A stretch of DNA of 64,000 nucleotides, counting the filler, from Stramenopiles sp. TOSAG23-6 (taxonomy: Eukaryota): the NCBI GenBank assembly GCA_900128565.1. It is 9 parts of 9 records of this genome, joined end to end, with 100 filler letters (N's around TTAATTAATTAA, not from the genome) between each part and the next. Parts side by side here need not be neighbours in the genome. Positions count along the whole stretch, not along the records: positions 1 to 7,103 come from LT636609.1; positions 7,204 to 14,301 come from LT636610.1; 7 more parts are not named here. One strand, 5' to 3'. The stretch's first letter is position 1. The number at the start of each line of letters is the position of its first letter. This document shows positions 1-10,939 of the stretch, piece by piece. The notes beneath the pieces were generated by a model that was not told where the DNA came from, searched no databases, and saw only the letters and a list, made by a program, of their open reading frames with translations. The position numbers were made by a program, and so were the translations under genes.

Positions 1-2
1 CA

Positions 3-3000
3 GGTGACTGGTTAAATTTCCCTCTATTTCAAACAGAATATGATGCACTAACAAAATCTCTAAATAATTTCGTTGCTATAATTGGTAAGCAAGGATCAAC
101 TGCAGATAGCTTGGATATACAGCTTGCCTGGGAATATCTCGGTACTCCTGTTGAAGCTAGTAGAGAAGACATTTTACTAGACATTAGTTTTAGAGGAGAA
201 GATATTTGTGCAGGAAACAAATGTACAATTGCTCAGAAAACATCACTTCATCCAGGCAAAACGTTAATCAAATCACACGTGTGTGGTCCTCAAGGGTGCT
301 ACCCAAAAGATGTGTACGAAAAAGAAATTTTTATTGTTGATAGAGAATTGAAAAACAAATTCGGACCTAGTAAAGAATTTGGAGTTCGAATAGACTTTAA
401 ACCACGTGGGTATTCAGTGAGAGCAGATAATCGTCTTTTGTTTGGATACGACTACCGCACAGAAGATTATGTTGCCATTAGTGACTATTTTGTGGACCGG
501 GAAACACGTGGGTTCCCTTCTTTACCNTATATACCTTCACCAGTTTCGGTTGTCCGAGTATCCACGCAACTATTAGCGGGTGGTGCACCAAAATTAGATG
601 CTTCNGGATTGGAGGATGTATGGATGTGTCATGGCTGGGAATCTACAGGGCCTCCAGCTATCGANTGTAGTAGCGTAAATAGTGAAGTAGCAGATCCAAA
701 TGCAATACCTTCACCTTCAAAACCTGGAGAGTGTGAGTGTAAAAAAGGTTGGCATGATGATGATGGAACAATGTTTACGCTGTGTAAAGAAGGAGATTCT
801 GCAATAGTATATACACCAGTTATGAATGAAAATACTTGTTTAAATACTGGAAATATTTGGTCAACTCTGTCTTCTCCAATTTGTAAAGAAACGAAAAATG
901 GAAAAGTGCAATCTAATATATCAACTGAAAAAGATTGTACAGATGCTGGACATGTTTGGTATAAAGTCGGCGATAAAGAATGTAAAGAAGTTAAAGGCAA
1001 AAGTTTCGGTGTCATGGTTGAAAACCCAAATACTCAAAATCTCTGTGAAAAACGGGTAAATAATAAATGGACTCTTCGAATATTAGGTACATGTACTGAT
1101 AAAAATGGAAATATATTAAGCCAACACAAACTTGAAAGTCAATGTAAAGTACTATCTTCTAATGTTTGGACTCCATTGCCTTCAGGGGTATGTAAAGATG
1201 TAGCTGGTAATGATTTAGGTACAAAAGATACAAATGGAAATCTATGGGTGGAATCAACATGTGCTGTAACTAGTGTNCAATTAAAGAAACGCAATATTTG
1301 GACAGCTCATCCTGTCGGATACTGCACAATGTATGATGACTACCCGGTTGGTAAAGAATGGAACTTTACAACAGGTATGAAGTATANAATTGATCCTCAA
1401 CTAAAAAGCTCAGGTCTATCCAATTGTAAAGTGCCAAAAATTGTTTGGATAGGTGATAAAAATTGTGATGTNGGGTCATACAACACCAAAGACTGTACAT
1501 TTGACGGCGGAGATTGTTGTGAACAGACAAATCCGATTTGTGCAACTTCGCCGACAAATCCATGTGCTTGTCGTGATCCATTTTATAGTGATGAAGGTGC
1601 TGAAAAAGAGAAATTACTTCTTATGAAAGAAATGGAAAAAGGAAATAGCACACGATGGTATCCAAAATCACTTACTAGCTGGGCATTAAATATTGGATCA
1701 TTAACTTATGATAACTCAACTGCCATTACTTTAGACCAACATTCTCCACTAGCATGGGTGGGTATCAATACTATCCAAACTCCAAANAAAAATTCATTAT
1801 TGGAATGTGCATATGGCTATCATTGTGGTGGAGCCGATGTAGTAATTTTAGAAGTTGATACTGACACAGGTTTTACATCTGTTGATGGCACTGTNCCATC
1901 TATTCGTTTCGGTGGACCAGGAGACGAATATCTTACTGACATCTTCAAATCAACTAATAGAATATTTGCTGTTGGTTACACTACAGCCCAGTTGAATGAT
2001 TATTGGGGGTGTGGATCTAGAACAAATCCTAATGACTACAATTGTAAAGGAGAAGACAATTGGATGGTATCTTTGCTGGTAAACGACCTAGGGAAAATGC
2101 TTATAGATTTCACTTTTCAATGGGGCACAACAAAAGATGAAAGAGCTGTTGCGGTATCCTCATCATTGAGTAATAAAGATATGGATAANATCTATGTTGT
2201 TTCATCTACAAATAAGCAAGTTGTTGAATGTTCATTTGGAAGTGAGTGTGGAGGAACAGATATCTTGCTCACCAGNCATTATAAAGTTAATGGCACAATA
2301 TTTTGGAGTGCTCAGATTGGCGGGACTGGCACCGACGAGCCCATAGATATGGCACAAGATAATATCGGTACAGTATATGTGGTTGGAACATCAATTGCAA
2401 GTGTAGAATCTGCGTCATCTGAAACTTCATCCTGTCATAAAGGATACGTTTGTGGNAAACAAGATATAATATTAGCCAAAAAGGATCCATTGACACATGA
2501 GTTTAGTATTATACATCGGTGGGGTGGTTCGGGTAATGATTTTCCTCATGGACTAGTATTAGATTATAGCCACGGACATGCATTTATAACAGGGTTTACA
2601 GATGAACCTGTGGATATTCAAAAACAAAACACCGAAACAGGTATAATGGAGACAGTTCCTGGTGGTACAATTGGACCTTGTTTTTCTACATCTTCACCTT
2701 CATCATCATCATTGAGTGGTTGTGGTGGACTTGATGTATTTGTTACTCGGGTACCAATCGATATTATTGATATATACAAATCACCTGTGAATGCAACTCT
2801 TGACAATTCAAATTCGACGATTACTCTGACAAAGACGGAACCGAAATCGACATTTCAACTTCAAAAGGAGTTAGACGAAAAGAAGAAGTTTGAAGATGAA
2901 CAATGGTGGTCAAAAGTCTTTGGAACATCCAACGCTGAAGTAGGAGTTGATATTGGAATTCGTTTTAACCGGCTTTTTGTTATTGGTAATACAGAGTCAA

Positions 3001-6000
3001 GTAAAACACTCCCTTCTTCAACTTCTGATGTGTTAGAATTAGGAGGAAGTGTAGCAACATTTGCCAATGCAACTGGGATGATTGGTGATTGCAGCGTTGG
3101 ATTTCAAACATGGAGATGTGGTGGGAAACGTGACATTTTTCTCACTGAAATTAATCCAACTAATGGAGATTTGTTGCATTCAATACGTATTGGTTCACCT
3201 GGAGAAGATGGGGCAACAGGAATGAAACTTGACATGGATGGAAATCCAATTATTGTNGGTTATACACCACTTCAAGTGTGTGGTCTTGATGGAGAATTTG
3301 CTCGTTTAAATGCATGTTCTCCATCAGGAGTTGATGCTACTGTTATCAAGTTTACAGAAGTTGACTGTAAACCAGGGAAAAGGCCAGCATTTGACTCAAA
3401 ACATGGAAATCTTGCATCTCCATACGCTGCTGCAGGTGGTTTTAGATCAAATGGTACATATAGTAGTTCAATGAGCACTGCAGCTATGATGTGCGTATAC
3501 TGTGATGAAGGTTACTTTTCTCCATATGGATATTCATGTATACCATGTCCTCGTGGAGCTAGATGTAAAACAGAGGAAGAAATGTGGGATGGTTCTATCC
3601 GACGTTTTGGATCCATCACACCGCGTGCAAATCGAGGTTTCTTTTTGGGATCTTTGGAAGGACCTGCTAGAAATTATACAGAAGACGAATGGGGTGTAGT
3701 AAAATTTAATGAGTGTGACCGCCTTCCACGTGGTGAAACTGTTTGCTTTGGAGATGAAGCAAGTACTGGTCAAAGTAGTCCGGGTAATTGCATTGAAGGT
3801 CATGCGCCTACATTAGTTTGCGGAACTTGCATGAATGATTATGCTATGATATATGGCCAATGTTGGGATTGTAGTCCTGTCAAACTTAGTCCACCTACAT
3901 TTACAGCTATTACATACATTTGTTTGTTGCTATGGTTTATCAATAAAAAATATACAGAACTGCAAAAGAGAAGAAAACAAATGCGAAGAAATGCAAGAAT
4001 CCATCCAAAATCACCAAAGAAAAAGTCATCAGTTGACGATAAAGATGAAGACGAACAGAAANGTGCAAAAAAGGCTGCGAAACGGGCCGCACGACGNGAG
4101 GCAAAGAGATCTGAAGAAGCAAATGCAAAGAAAAAATCTGCTCGAGCTATGAAACTGCTTCGAAAGAAATTTGATTTTCATGATCGCGATGGTGGCGGTT
4201 CTTTAGATCCCGGAGATTTCAAGACATTCATGTCTGATTTATGCCCGGAATGCCCCGATAAAGTTCGGAATGCTTTGTTTGCAATGATTGATGTGAGTCG
4301 AGATAATGAAATCGAGTTTTGGGAATTTAAACAATGGTATACTGGCTATAATGATGCGAGTGCGTTTGAATCTGAGTTGATTCAGATAAAAAGTGCTATC
4401 CGGGCATTGGGTAATAAGACTAATCTTGGGGGTGAGCAATTAACGCTGATAGAAGTGAAATTTCCTTTTCCAGAGGGTAAAGAGTTAGACGATATTAAAA
4501 AGGTTGAAGCATGGCAATGTAATGTAAAGTGTCTTATCGGATACGTCCAGATTATTGGAAGTGTTTTGTCTTTATTTGAAATTCCNTGGCCAGATGTTTT
4601 CTATAGATTTTTGATACTTTTCAATATTACTGAGATTTTAAATCCTNTCCTAGAAATACTTCCNTGTGCAAGTAGTTCATTGACGTCAAGTTATTTACTC
4701 AAGTATGAGTTAATGTGTTTNATATCGTTACCTTGGATGGGTGCTTTAGTTTACTGTTTAAAGTTTTGGTTACAAAGTGTAAATATGACATTTCTTATGA
4801 CCAAAATAAAGCGATGGGAGTATTGGGATTATGAACCAGATGAAAACTATCATCCAATTCGGAGAAAGTTGCCTAAATTACTACCAAATATACTCTTTGG
4901 TGTATTTATATTTTTGATTCCTATGACGCGAATGTCTTTAACAATTTTCGACTGCCGTGAGATGCATGATGGAAATTTATGGCTCCGTGCTGATTATACC
5001 GTACAATGTTACGTAGGTGAGCATTATTTTGCTGTGGTTCTTGCATGGTTGACTATTTTAGTATATCCTGTAGGTACATTTGTTGTGCTTGCATATGCTT
5101 TGTTAAAACAAAACCATCTGCGCAAAGGTCTCAGAAGGATCCTCATCAACAAACAGGGAGATAACTTAGTTGCTCGTTTTCGGCAGTATACTTTACTAAT
5201 GAAGCCTTTGCGTATACTTCACCAAGAATACAATATGAGTGCTCATACAGAAAACAATTGTTGTGGCTGGNCATGGAATATGTATTATGAGCTATTTCAG
5301 ATTTTTAGGCGTCTCTTACTAGCTGTGATATTGAAATGGGTTCTTCGAGAGAATCGATCCGGACCTGTCATTGGAAGTATTCTCACAGTGATGCTATGCT
5401 TATTTCTTCATTATGCAGATACATGGGGGAAGTCGACAGCTAAAAGATTTGATCAAATTAGAAATNGTGTGCTTGCAGCTTTATACATTATAGGATTATA
5501 TCTTCAAATTAATCCACATTATACACAAAACAATGACGCTTCTGCACACACGGTCTCAATAATATTAATTATACTAGTCTTGACACCAATTTGTATAGCA
5601 TTCGATTTGATGTATATTGGACCTTTCTATAAATGGATTGACACCGATCATATCAAACAAGTAGCCAAAATAAGAAAAACATTTTATGCAGAAAAAACAA
5701 CACAGACAGAAGAACTTACACAAGTTGAACAGGAGAATCGCGATCTTCGAACGAAGTTACATAATTTAAGAATTGATGAACACAAATTAATTAAGGAAAG
5801 AAGTAGAGTTGATAGAAAAGTAGACGCTGCAGAATCAAGTAAGACAAATTTGAAGACTTTGCTTAACAAACATAAAGTTAATTTATCAAGTCTACGAAAA
5901 AAGAGAAGAGATTTAAAGCGAGATATATCTTTATTAAAAGATGAAAAAAACTCTATCATTGAAGCTATGGAAAAAAGTGCAAATGAAAAATCNCGAGTGT

Positions 6001-6290
6001 TAGGAAAAGGGACAACGAAAGGTAGCCATAACCGCAATAAAAATAATAAACGNATCAGACGAAGTAGAGCATTGGGAGCGAGTTCAAACCAGAGAGGTAG
6101 CCCACAAGGAAGTCCAGGGAGAGAAAAATATACTACCCGTGGAACTATTACAGACAGGGATGCTCGATCTTCTGTACGAGATAATAGTAAGCCATTAAAC
6201 CGAGGAGGGTATAACCCTACNGGTCGTTCAAAGTCAAAGTCACCTTCACGTAATCGATCCAANAGTCCACCCAAACGTAGAAAAAAATAA
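3..6290 (+). CDS. Giant intronless multi-pass membrane protein, 5'-partial: Cys-rich repeats, LNR/Notch-like module, SBBP-like beta-propeller repeats, EF-hand pair, ~7-8 TM segments, coiled-coil tail
   Basis: Frame is open from the window start. Motifs: WIGDKNCDxGSYNTKDCTFDGGDCC (LNR-like); repeated (F/I/W)GGxGxD/E units (SBBP-like); DRDGGGSLDPGDF and DVSRDNEIEFWEF (EF-hands); several hydrophobic segments after ~aa 1270. Confidence 0.8.
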   Translation, partial: GDWLNFPLFQTEYDALTKSLNNFVAIIGKQGSTADSLDIQLAWEYLGTPVEASREDILLDISFRGEDICAGNKCTIAQKTSLHPGKTLIKSHVCGPQGCYPKDVYEKEIFIVDRELKNKFGPSKEFGVRIDFKPRGYSVRADNRLLFGYDYRTEDYVAISDYFVDRETRGFPSLXYIPSPVSVVRVSTQLLAGGAPKLDAXGLEDVWMCHGWESTGPPAIXCSSVNSEVADPNAIPSPSKPGECECKKGWHDDDGTMFTLCKEGDSAIVYTPVMNENTCLNTGNIWSTLSSPICKETKNGKVQSNISTEKDCTDAGHVWYKVGDKECKEVKGKSFGVMVENPNTQNLCEKRVNNKWTLRILGTCTDKNGNILSQHKLESQCKVLSSNVWTPLPSGVCKDVAGNDLGTKDTNGNLWVESTCAVTSXQLKKRNIWTAHPVGYCTMYDDYPVGKEWNFTTGMKYXIDPQLKSSGLSNCKVPKIVWIGDKNCDXGSYNTKDCTFDGGDCCEQTNPICATSPTNPCACRDPFYSDEGAEKEKLLLMKEMEKGNSTRWYPKSLTSWALNIGSLTYDNSTAITLDQHSPLAWVGINTIQTPXKNSLLECAYGYHCGGADVVILEVDTDTGFTSVDGTXPSIRFGGPGDEYLTDIFKSTNRIFAVGYTTAQLNDYWGCGSRTNPNDYNCKGEDNWMVSLLVNDLGKMLIDFTFQWGTTKDERAVAVSSSLSNKDMDXIYVVSSTNKQVVECSFGSECGGTDILLTXHYKVNGTIFWSAQIGGTGTDEPIDMAQDNIGTVYVVGTSIASVESASSETSSCHKGYVCXKQDIILAKKDPLTHEFSIIHRWGGSGNDFPHGLVLDYSHGHAFITGFTDEPVDIQKQNTETGIMETVPGGTIGPCFSTSSPSSSSLSGCGGLDVFVTRVPIDIIDIYKSPVNATLDNSNSTITLTKTEPKSTFQLQKELDEKKKFEDEQWWSKVFGTSNAEVGVDIGIRFNRLFVIGNTESSKTLPSSTSDVLELGGSVATFANATGMIGDCSVGFQTWRCGGKRDIFLTEINPTNGDLLHSIRIGSPGEDGATGMKLDMDGNPIIXGYTPLQVCGLDGEFARLNACSPSGVDATVIKFTEVDCKPGKRPAFDSKHGNLASPYAAAGGFRSNGTYSSSMSTAAMMCVYCDEGYFSPYGYSCIPCPRGARCKTEEEMWDGSIRRFGSITPRANRGFFLGSLEGPARNYTEDEWGVVKFNECDRLPRGETVCFGDEASTGQSSPGNCIEGHAPTLVCGTCMNDYAMIYGQCWDCSPVKLSPPTFTAITYICLLLWFINKKYTELQKRRKQMRRNARIHPKSPKKKSSVDDKDEDEQKXAKKAAKRAARXEAKRSEEANAKKKSARAMKLLRKKFDFHDRDGGGSLDPGDFKTFMSDLCPECPDKVRNALFAMIDVSRDNEIEFWEFKQWYTGYNDASAFESELIQIKSAIRALGNKTNLGGEQLTLIEVKFPFPEGKELDDIKKVEAWQCNVKCLIGYVQIIGSVLSLFEIXWPDVFYRFLILFNITEILNPXLEILXCASSSLTSSYLLKYELMCXISLPWMGALVYCLKFWLQSVNMTFLMTKIKRWEYWDYEPDENYHPIRRKLPKLLPNILFGVFIFLIPMTRMSLTIFDCREMHDGNLWLRADYTVQCYVGEHYFAVVLAWLTILVYPVGTFVVLAYALLKQNHLRKGLRRILINKQGDNLVARFRQYTLLMKPLRILHQEYNMSAHTENNCCGWXWNMYYELFQIFRRLLLAVILKWVLRENRSGPVIGSILTVMLCLFLHYADTWGKSTAKRFDQIRNXVLAALYIIGLYLQINPHYTQNNDASAHTVSIILIILVLTPICIAFDLMYIGPFYKWIDTDHIKQVAKIRKTFYAEKTTQTEELTQVEQENRDLRTKLHNLRIDEHKLIKERSRVDRKVDAAESSKTNLKTLLNKHKVNLSSLRKKRRDLKRDISLLKDEKNSIIEAMEKSANEKXRVLGKGTTKGSHNRNKNNKXIRRSRALGASSNQRGSPQGSPGREKYTTRGTITDRDARSSVRDNSKPLNRGGYNPXGRSKSKSPSRNRSXSPPKRRKK

Positions 6291-6524
6291 AAGAATGTAA
6301 ATGATGTAGTAAATGTTTTTTATTTTTTTAAAACTATTATATACGGAAATTTTAACCGACCAAAACGGACGACTACAGCTGACCCTTTTTGATTTGAGAT
6401 TGCGATTATGACATCGGCCAACGCCAACACGCGAAAATTTTCATAAACTACAAAGGAAGTGCTAAGGACCTCGCGCGGATTAACTCTTTCATTGTTTCTT
6501 TTCAATAAACTATTTTTTCCACTA

Positions 6525-7043
6525 ATGACACTCAAAATAAAGTCAAAGTCTGCGTCTAAGAGTTATCTTGATCGGGTAGTTTTTGCAATAAGAAGTTTGA
6601 AACAATATAAGGGTTCTTCTCGAAAGGCTATTTCTAATTATATTGAATCTGAATTCGCAATCAAAGTAAATACTGTGGCATTACGCAATGCATTAAAAAA
6701 GGGGGTAGCTGCAGGTCTTCTATCTCAAGATAAACAAAGCTTCAAAGTTGCTATGGACAGTGAGTATTTGGATACAACTCCATCTTGCACAATAAATGAG
6801 GAAGTCATTGGCACCGGAGATGCTGCTGTTGAAGGTAGCACAGTAACTGTAAAATATCGTGGTACTCTTGAAGATAGTGGAGAACAATTTGATGCTGCAA
6901 ATAAGTTTACTTTTGTTTTAGGTGCTGGTGATGTAATTAAAGGCTGGGATCAAGGAATTATTGGTATGAAAGTGGGAGGCAGAAGACGTTTGAAGGTGCC
7001 TCCTACACTAGGATATGGTAAAAAAGGAAGTGGGAGCAAAAAT
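6525..7043 (+). CDS. Linker histone H1/H15 globular domain fused to FKBP-type peptidyl-prolyl isomerase (exon 1, 3'-partial)
   Basis: SYLDRVVFAIRSLKQYKGSSRKAISNYI...LRNALKKGV...SFKV (H15) followed by VTVKYRGTLEDSGEQFD...FVLGAGDVIKGWDQGIIGMKVGGRRRLKVPPTLGYG (FKBP). An intron starts at 7044 and runs into the gap. Confidence 0.85.
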
Positions 7044-7103
7044 GTAAATTTTATTTTTTTTCAATTTCAAATTTATTTTTCGTACGAAATTTTGTACCTA
7101 ACG

Positions 7104-7203
7104 NNNNNNNNNNNNNNNNNNNNNNNNNNNNNNNNNNNNNNNNNNNNTTAATTAATTAANNNNNNNNNNNNNNNNNNNNNNNNNNNNNNNNNNNNNNNNN
7201 NNN
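7104..7203. other. Artificial contig linker. Identical linkers lie at 14302-14401, 21495-21594, 28676-28775, 35847-35946, 43016-43115, 50182-50281 and 57341-57440
   Basis: 100-nt N-run containing TTAATTAATTAA (stops in all six frames), recurring every ~7.2 kb. Confidence 0.98.
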
Positions 7204-7268
7204 TGTTAGGTACAAAATTTCGTACGAAAAAAAAATCGATTTTTTTGTTTAAAAAAAATAAAACATAC

Positions 7269-9976
7269 ATCCTCTACCCAATGTTTTTTCCTTCCTGTTA
7301 ATTCAGCAACATTATCATTACCTAATTCACGTTTGATATAATCAATAGGATTTACAAAATTACAATTATCTATACCAGAATTTTCAATCATCAAAAGCAA
7401 TTCTGAACGAATATTTTCAATTTCAATCCACATTGAATTTTTAGATTTTTTATATGTTTCAATTTGTTCTCTGGAAAGGTTCTGTTGAATCTCATTCGAA
7501 GGTTTTCTATTTTCTATATTACATGTTTCATCATCATCAATAATTATAACATCATCATCAATATCTATACAATCAGTATCTTCCTCAGTATCATTAAAAT
7601 CACCAACAAATAATGGTTTCCATTCATGTTTTACATTTTTATTCTTTTTTACATTTTTATTCTTTTTTACATTTTTATTTTTTTCTACATTTTTATTCTT
7701 TTCTACTAGCAAGGAATCATCATTCTCACTTTTTCGATTGATCCAATACATAGGATCAAAAAATTTATTCACAAATGAACGTATAATCTCCTTGACAATG
7801 TTGACATTACCATTCGCAAATAAAAGTTGTCGTTGCTTTTCATCATTGCCTGCAGTAGTAGAATTTAATGTTGATCGATCATTTAATGGATCTAAAATTG
7901 ATTTCGTACGAGCCATGTTTATGAAAAAATATTTCAAAAAAAATTGATTTTTTTGTTAGGTATGAAATTTCGTATGAAAAAAAAGAAAAGAAATAATATA
8001 ATATAAAACAGACTCTCCTGTACTAAATAATGAAAAAACCACAGCAAAGTCTTTTGATACAAGTTCCTTTGCATCTTTCACTGCTTGAATTAGTTTACCA
8101 TTAATTATAATAGCTTTATAAAATCGCTGGTTCATTCCCCAATATGTCGTCCATGTATTGTGGGAAATATTTTAAAAGGTTTTTTCATTAGGTACAGAAT
8201 TTTGTATGAAAAAAAAATTGAAATGTTGAGGAAAAAAACGTACATAAAATTTTGGCATCTACATTTCTATTTGCATTTACAAATATACTTTTTAACATTT
8301 TGACTTTGTCCATCACACGCCACATAACACCTACAGCTATATCATATGTCTTTTGAAAATTTTCAGATAGTTTGACATCTGTGATTGAAAAGTCAACACC
8401 CTCATATGAAATCATACGAGCCATGTATCGTGAAAAAATATTAGTAAAAAAAATTCAAAATTTTCTATGAAACAAAAAAAAAATGATGAAAACATACATG
8501 TACAATCCTCTCGCAAATAAATCTCGACCTACCATTTCACACATTGCAACTTCACCTGGATGCTGAGTTGTATCCTTTGTATTCTGAAAACGATCATTAC
8601 ATTTTTGTGGTTTTATAAGCTTCTCAAAGTCAAAAAAGTCAATAAATGGAGTTCCAGTGCCCATGTATTGTGAAAAAATATTTTTTTTTTGTAAAATTTG
8701 TTAGGTACAAAATTTCGTATGAAAAAAAAATAAATTTGAAATTGAAAAACAAAAACGTCCCATAGGCCAAGACGATCAAATGCTGCAATCGATCGAATAG
8801 ATGACAATGATGTCGCACTACTATATAAAACGCATGCGTACGGTAATAAAGTCTGTATAAGCAAAACTGCTCGACCTCGATTTGTTCCACCAGACACATG
8901 TATTGTGAAAAAAAAAAAATTGTAAAATTTGTTAGGTACGAAATTAATAAATTCGAAATTGAAAAAAAAATTAAAAAAAAACATACATGTAGTATACTCT
9001 TTTCATCATGATTAAAAACTATATTAGATTTATCATCATTTTCATCAATAATGACACCATTCTCAAGATCAATATTGTCCGTTTCATTAGTATCATCATT
9101 TTCATCATTTTCATCATTCTTTCTTTTGACACTAGTTCCTGGTGGTAATAAATTCTTTGCTAAATGACATTCATCAAAAACAACAATACCTTCTGAAGTA
9201 TCCCCCGGTGTTCCTCTTAGCCAATCAGTTAGTCGTTTTGTTTCTCCTCTCCAATTTAAACTCAATTTTGTATATGTCACAAATAAAACACCACGACGAA
9301 CTGAATGAGATATTGGTTTGTTACGCTTTATTCTTTTATCTTCTCCATACGCATACAATGGAATACTTTCCCATTTTGGATCTAATATTCCATGAAAATC
9401 TCTCTTGGCGTCCTCAAAAAGACCAGAGTTTACAGATACCCAAAGAGCTCTTGTTTGTCCATGAACAAACCAATTATGTACAATACATCCTGCAATTTGT
9501 CGACCTTTGCCCATTCCTGTTTGATCACCTAAAATAAAGCCTCTCCTTTTACTTTTTTGCATTGCAGACTTTCCACGAAATGCCATTTCAGAGCGAGCAA
9601 TTCCTTCATACTGTAACGAAGACAGATTTCCTGTTTTAAATGCATGTTTCAGTTGTACAGCAAGTCTAACAGAAGCATAGTTAGGCGATGGAGTACCATA
9701 AAACGCAGATGATACTACAGCATCCGCAGGATGAGGATTTAATTTGACAGTACTATTATCTATAAATTTTGCTGAGATTACGCGTGGTTTATATTTGAAT
9801 ACAACGGCAGCATCACAGTCATGAGGAACATCCGATTGATCTTCTGACAACTGAGAATCTTCCACATGATCAGATAAAGGAACGACTTCACATTCATTCG
9901 ACTCTGCACTATGCCAATCTTCTTCATCGCTACTATCACTAACCGTAAGGTCAACTACTTGGTTGATATTGTTCAT
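7269..9976 (-). CDS. SBNO: Strawberry notch-like helicase, 3'-partial. Exons 9976-8987, 8897-8761, 8662-8498, 8422-8244, 8152-8014, 7914-7269
   Basis: LSSLQYE, GFILGDQTGMGKGRQIAG, VFDECHLAKN, YSSAT and VAELTGRK within exons. Splicing restores RLGLWG, GLYMARMISYEGV, LWTTYWGMNQRFYK and STGEART. Confidence 0.92.
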
Positions 9977-10250
9977 TTTCACGTATTAGAAGAGAAAGAA
10001 GTCCGAATGTTGTTTGAGTGGACACTGATTTGTTGACCGATTAAATTTTGATGGCAAAATAAAAAAATAAAAAAATCGAAAAATAAATCCATTTGATTCG
10101 CGTCGCGAGAAGACGACGGTCCTGAAAAACCCACACAATAGGTAATTCTATTGTTATTCTAATTTACTGTTGTAGTTTGTATACATTGTTACTGAACATC
10201 ACAGCAAAAATACAATAGATTGTGCGCTTTGGGATACTTTCAGCATTATT

Positions 10251-10790
10251 ATGGAGGCAGTAGCAAAAAAGGCCGCGATTGAAAAGGCCGCAATAGCTAA
10301 ACGGGAAGCAGCGCGTGCATACTTACTGGAGCATTCATGTGGTCCTCAAGAAGTAACTGCGAAGGTTCACGGGTTTCATAATTCAAAACACTTAGATAAC
10401 ACTGCACTTCTAGTTCGTAAAAGACGTGCGAGGCAACTTAGCTCATCATCATTTGGGAAATCAGATAATAGTACTTTCAAGAACTTTGAATCTGGAAAAC
10501 TTTGTTCATGGGGTAAAAAAAAGGAGAATACTGGTTTCGCTAAAAAGAAGAGTGTTGCTGGTAGTTCTAAAAATGCCAAGTCAAGTAGTAATACAACATT
10601 TGATAAAGTTTCTCTTTTACCCCTTCAAACGAAAGAATTTGATAAAGAACAATCGGAAAAATTAGCATGGATTGAAGTGCAGCTACCACAATCCCAAATA
10701 ATAGAGTTTCAAGGAAGAACGAGTTACTGGTGGAATACATTGTCAGGAGTTAGAAGTTGGCAAGCACCAGAAGATATTGAATATATATAG
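10251..10790 (+). CDS. Small protein with a C-terminal WW domain
   Basis: Ends in W...YWWNTLSGVRSWQAP, a WW-domain pattern; ATG-initiated 179-aa ORF. Confidence 0.65.
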   Translation: MEAVAKKAAIEKAAIAKREAARAYLLEHSCGPQEVTAKVHGFHNSKHLDNTALLVRKRRARQLSSSSFGKSDNSTFKNFESGKLCSWGKKKENTGFAKKKSVAGSSKNAKSSSNTTFDKVSLLPLQTKEFDKEQSEKLAWIEVQLPQSQIIEFQGRTSYWWNTLSGVRSWQAPEDIEYI

Positions 10791-10939
10791 AATAGTCACT
10801 ATAATCACACTGAGGCTTATTATTATAAGGATTATTACTTAGTGTGATCGAATAAATCATATTTCATTTTGATTTATTATTATTAACCCTAATTGATTTC
10901 ATTTGGATTACAATAAGGGTGATCAAAAAGAAATATTTT

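Noticed and set aside
527-6263. Scattered single Ns within coding sequence
   Set aside because: Many fall at third codon positions, consistent with masked polymorphisms in a consensus assembly, not recoding or editing.
7915-8986. Reading the introns as standard AT-AC (U12) introns
   Set aside because: Many junctions are ambiguous because of the AT repeat. However, the -2 register breaks STGEAR, RLGLWG and SLNILIKL, and several introns would not start with AT. The standard ATATCCTT donor is absent.
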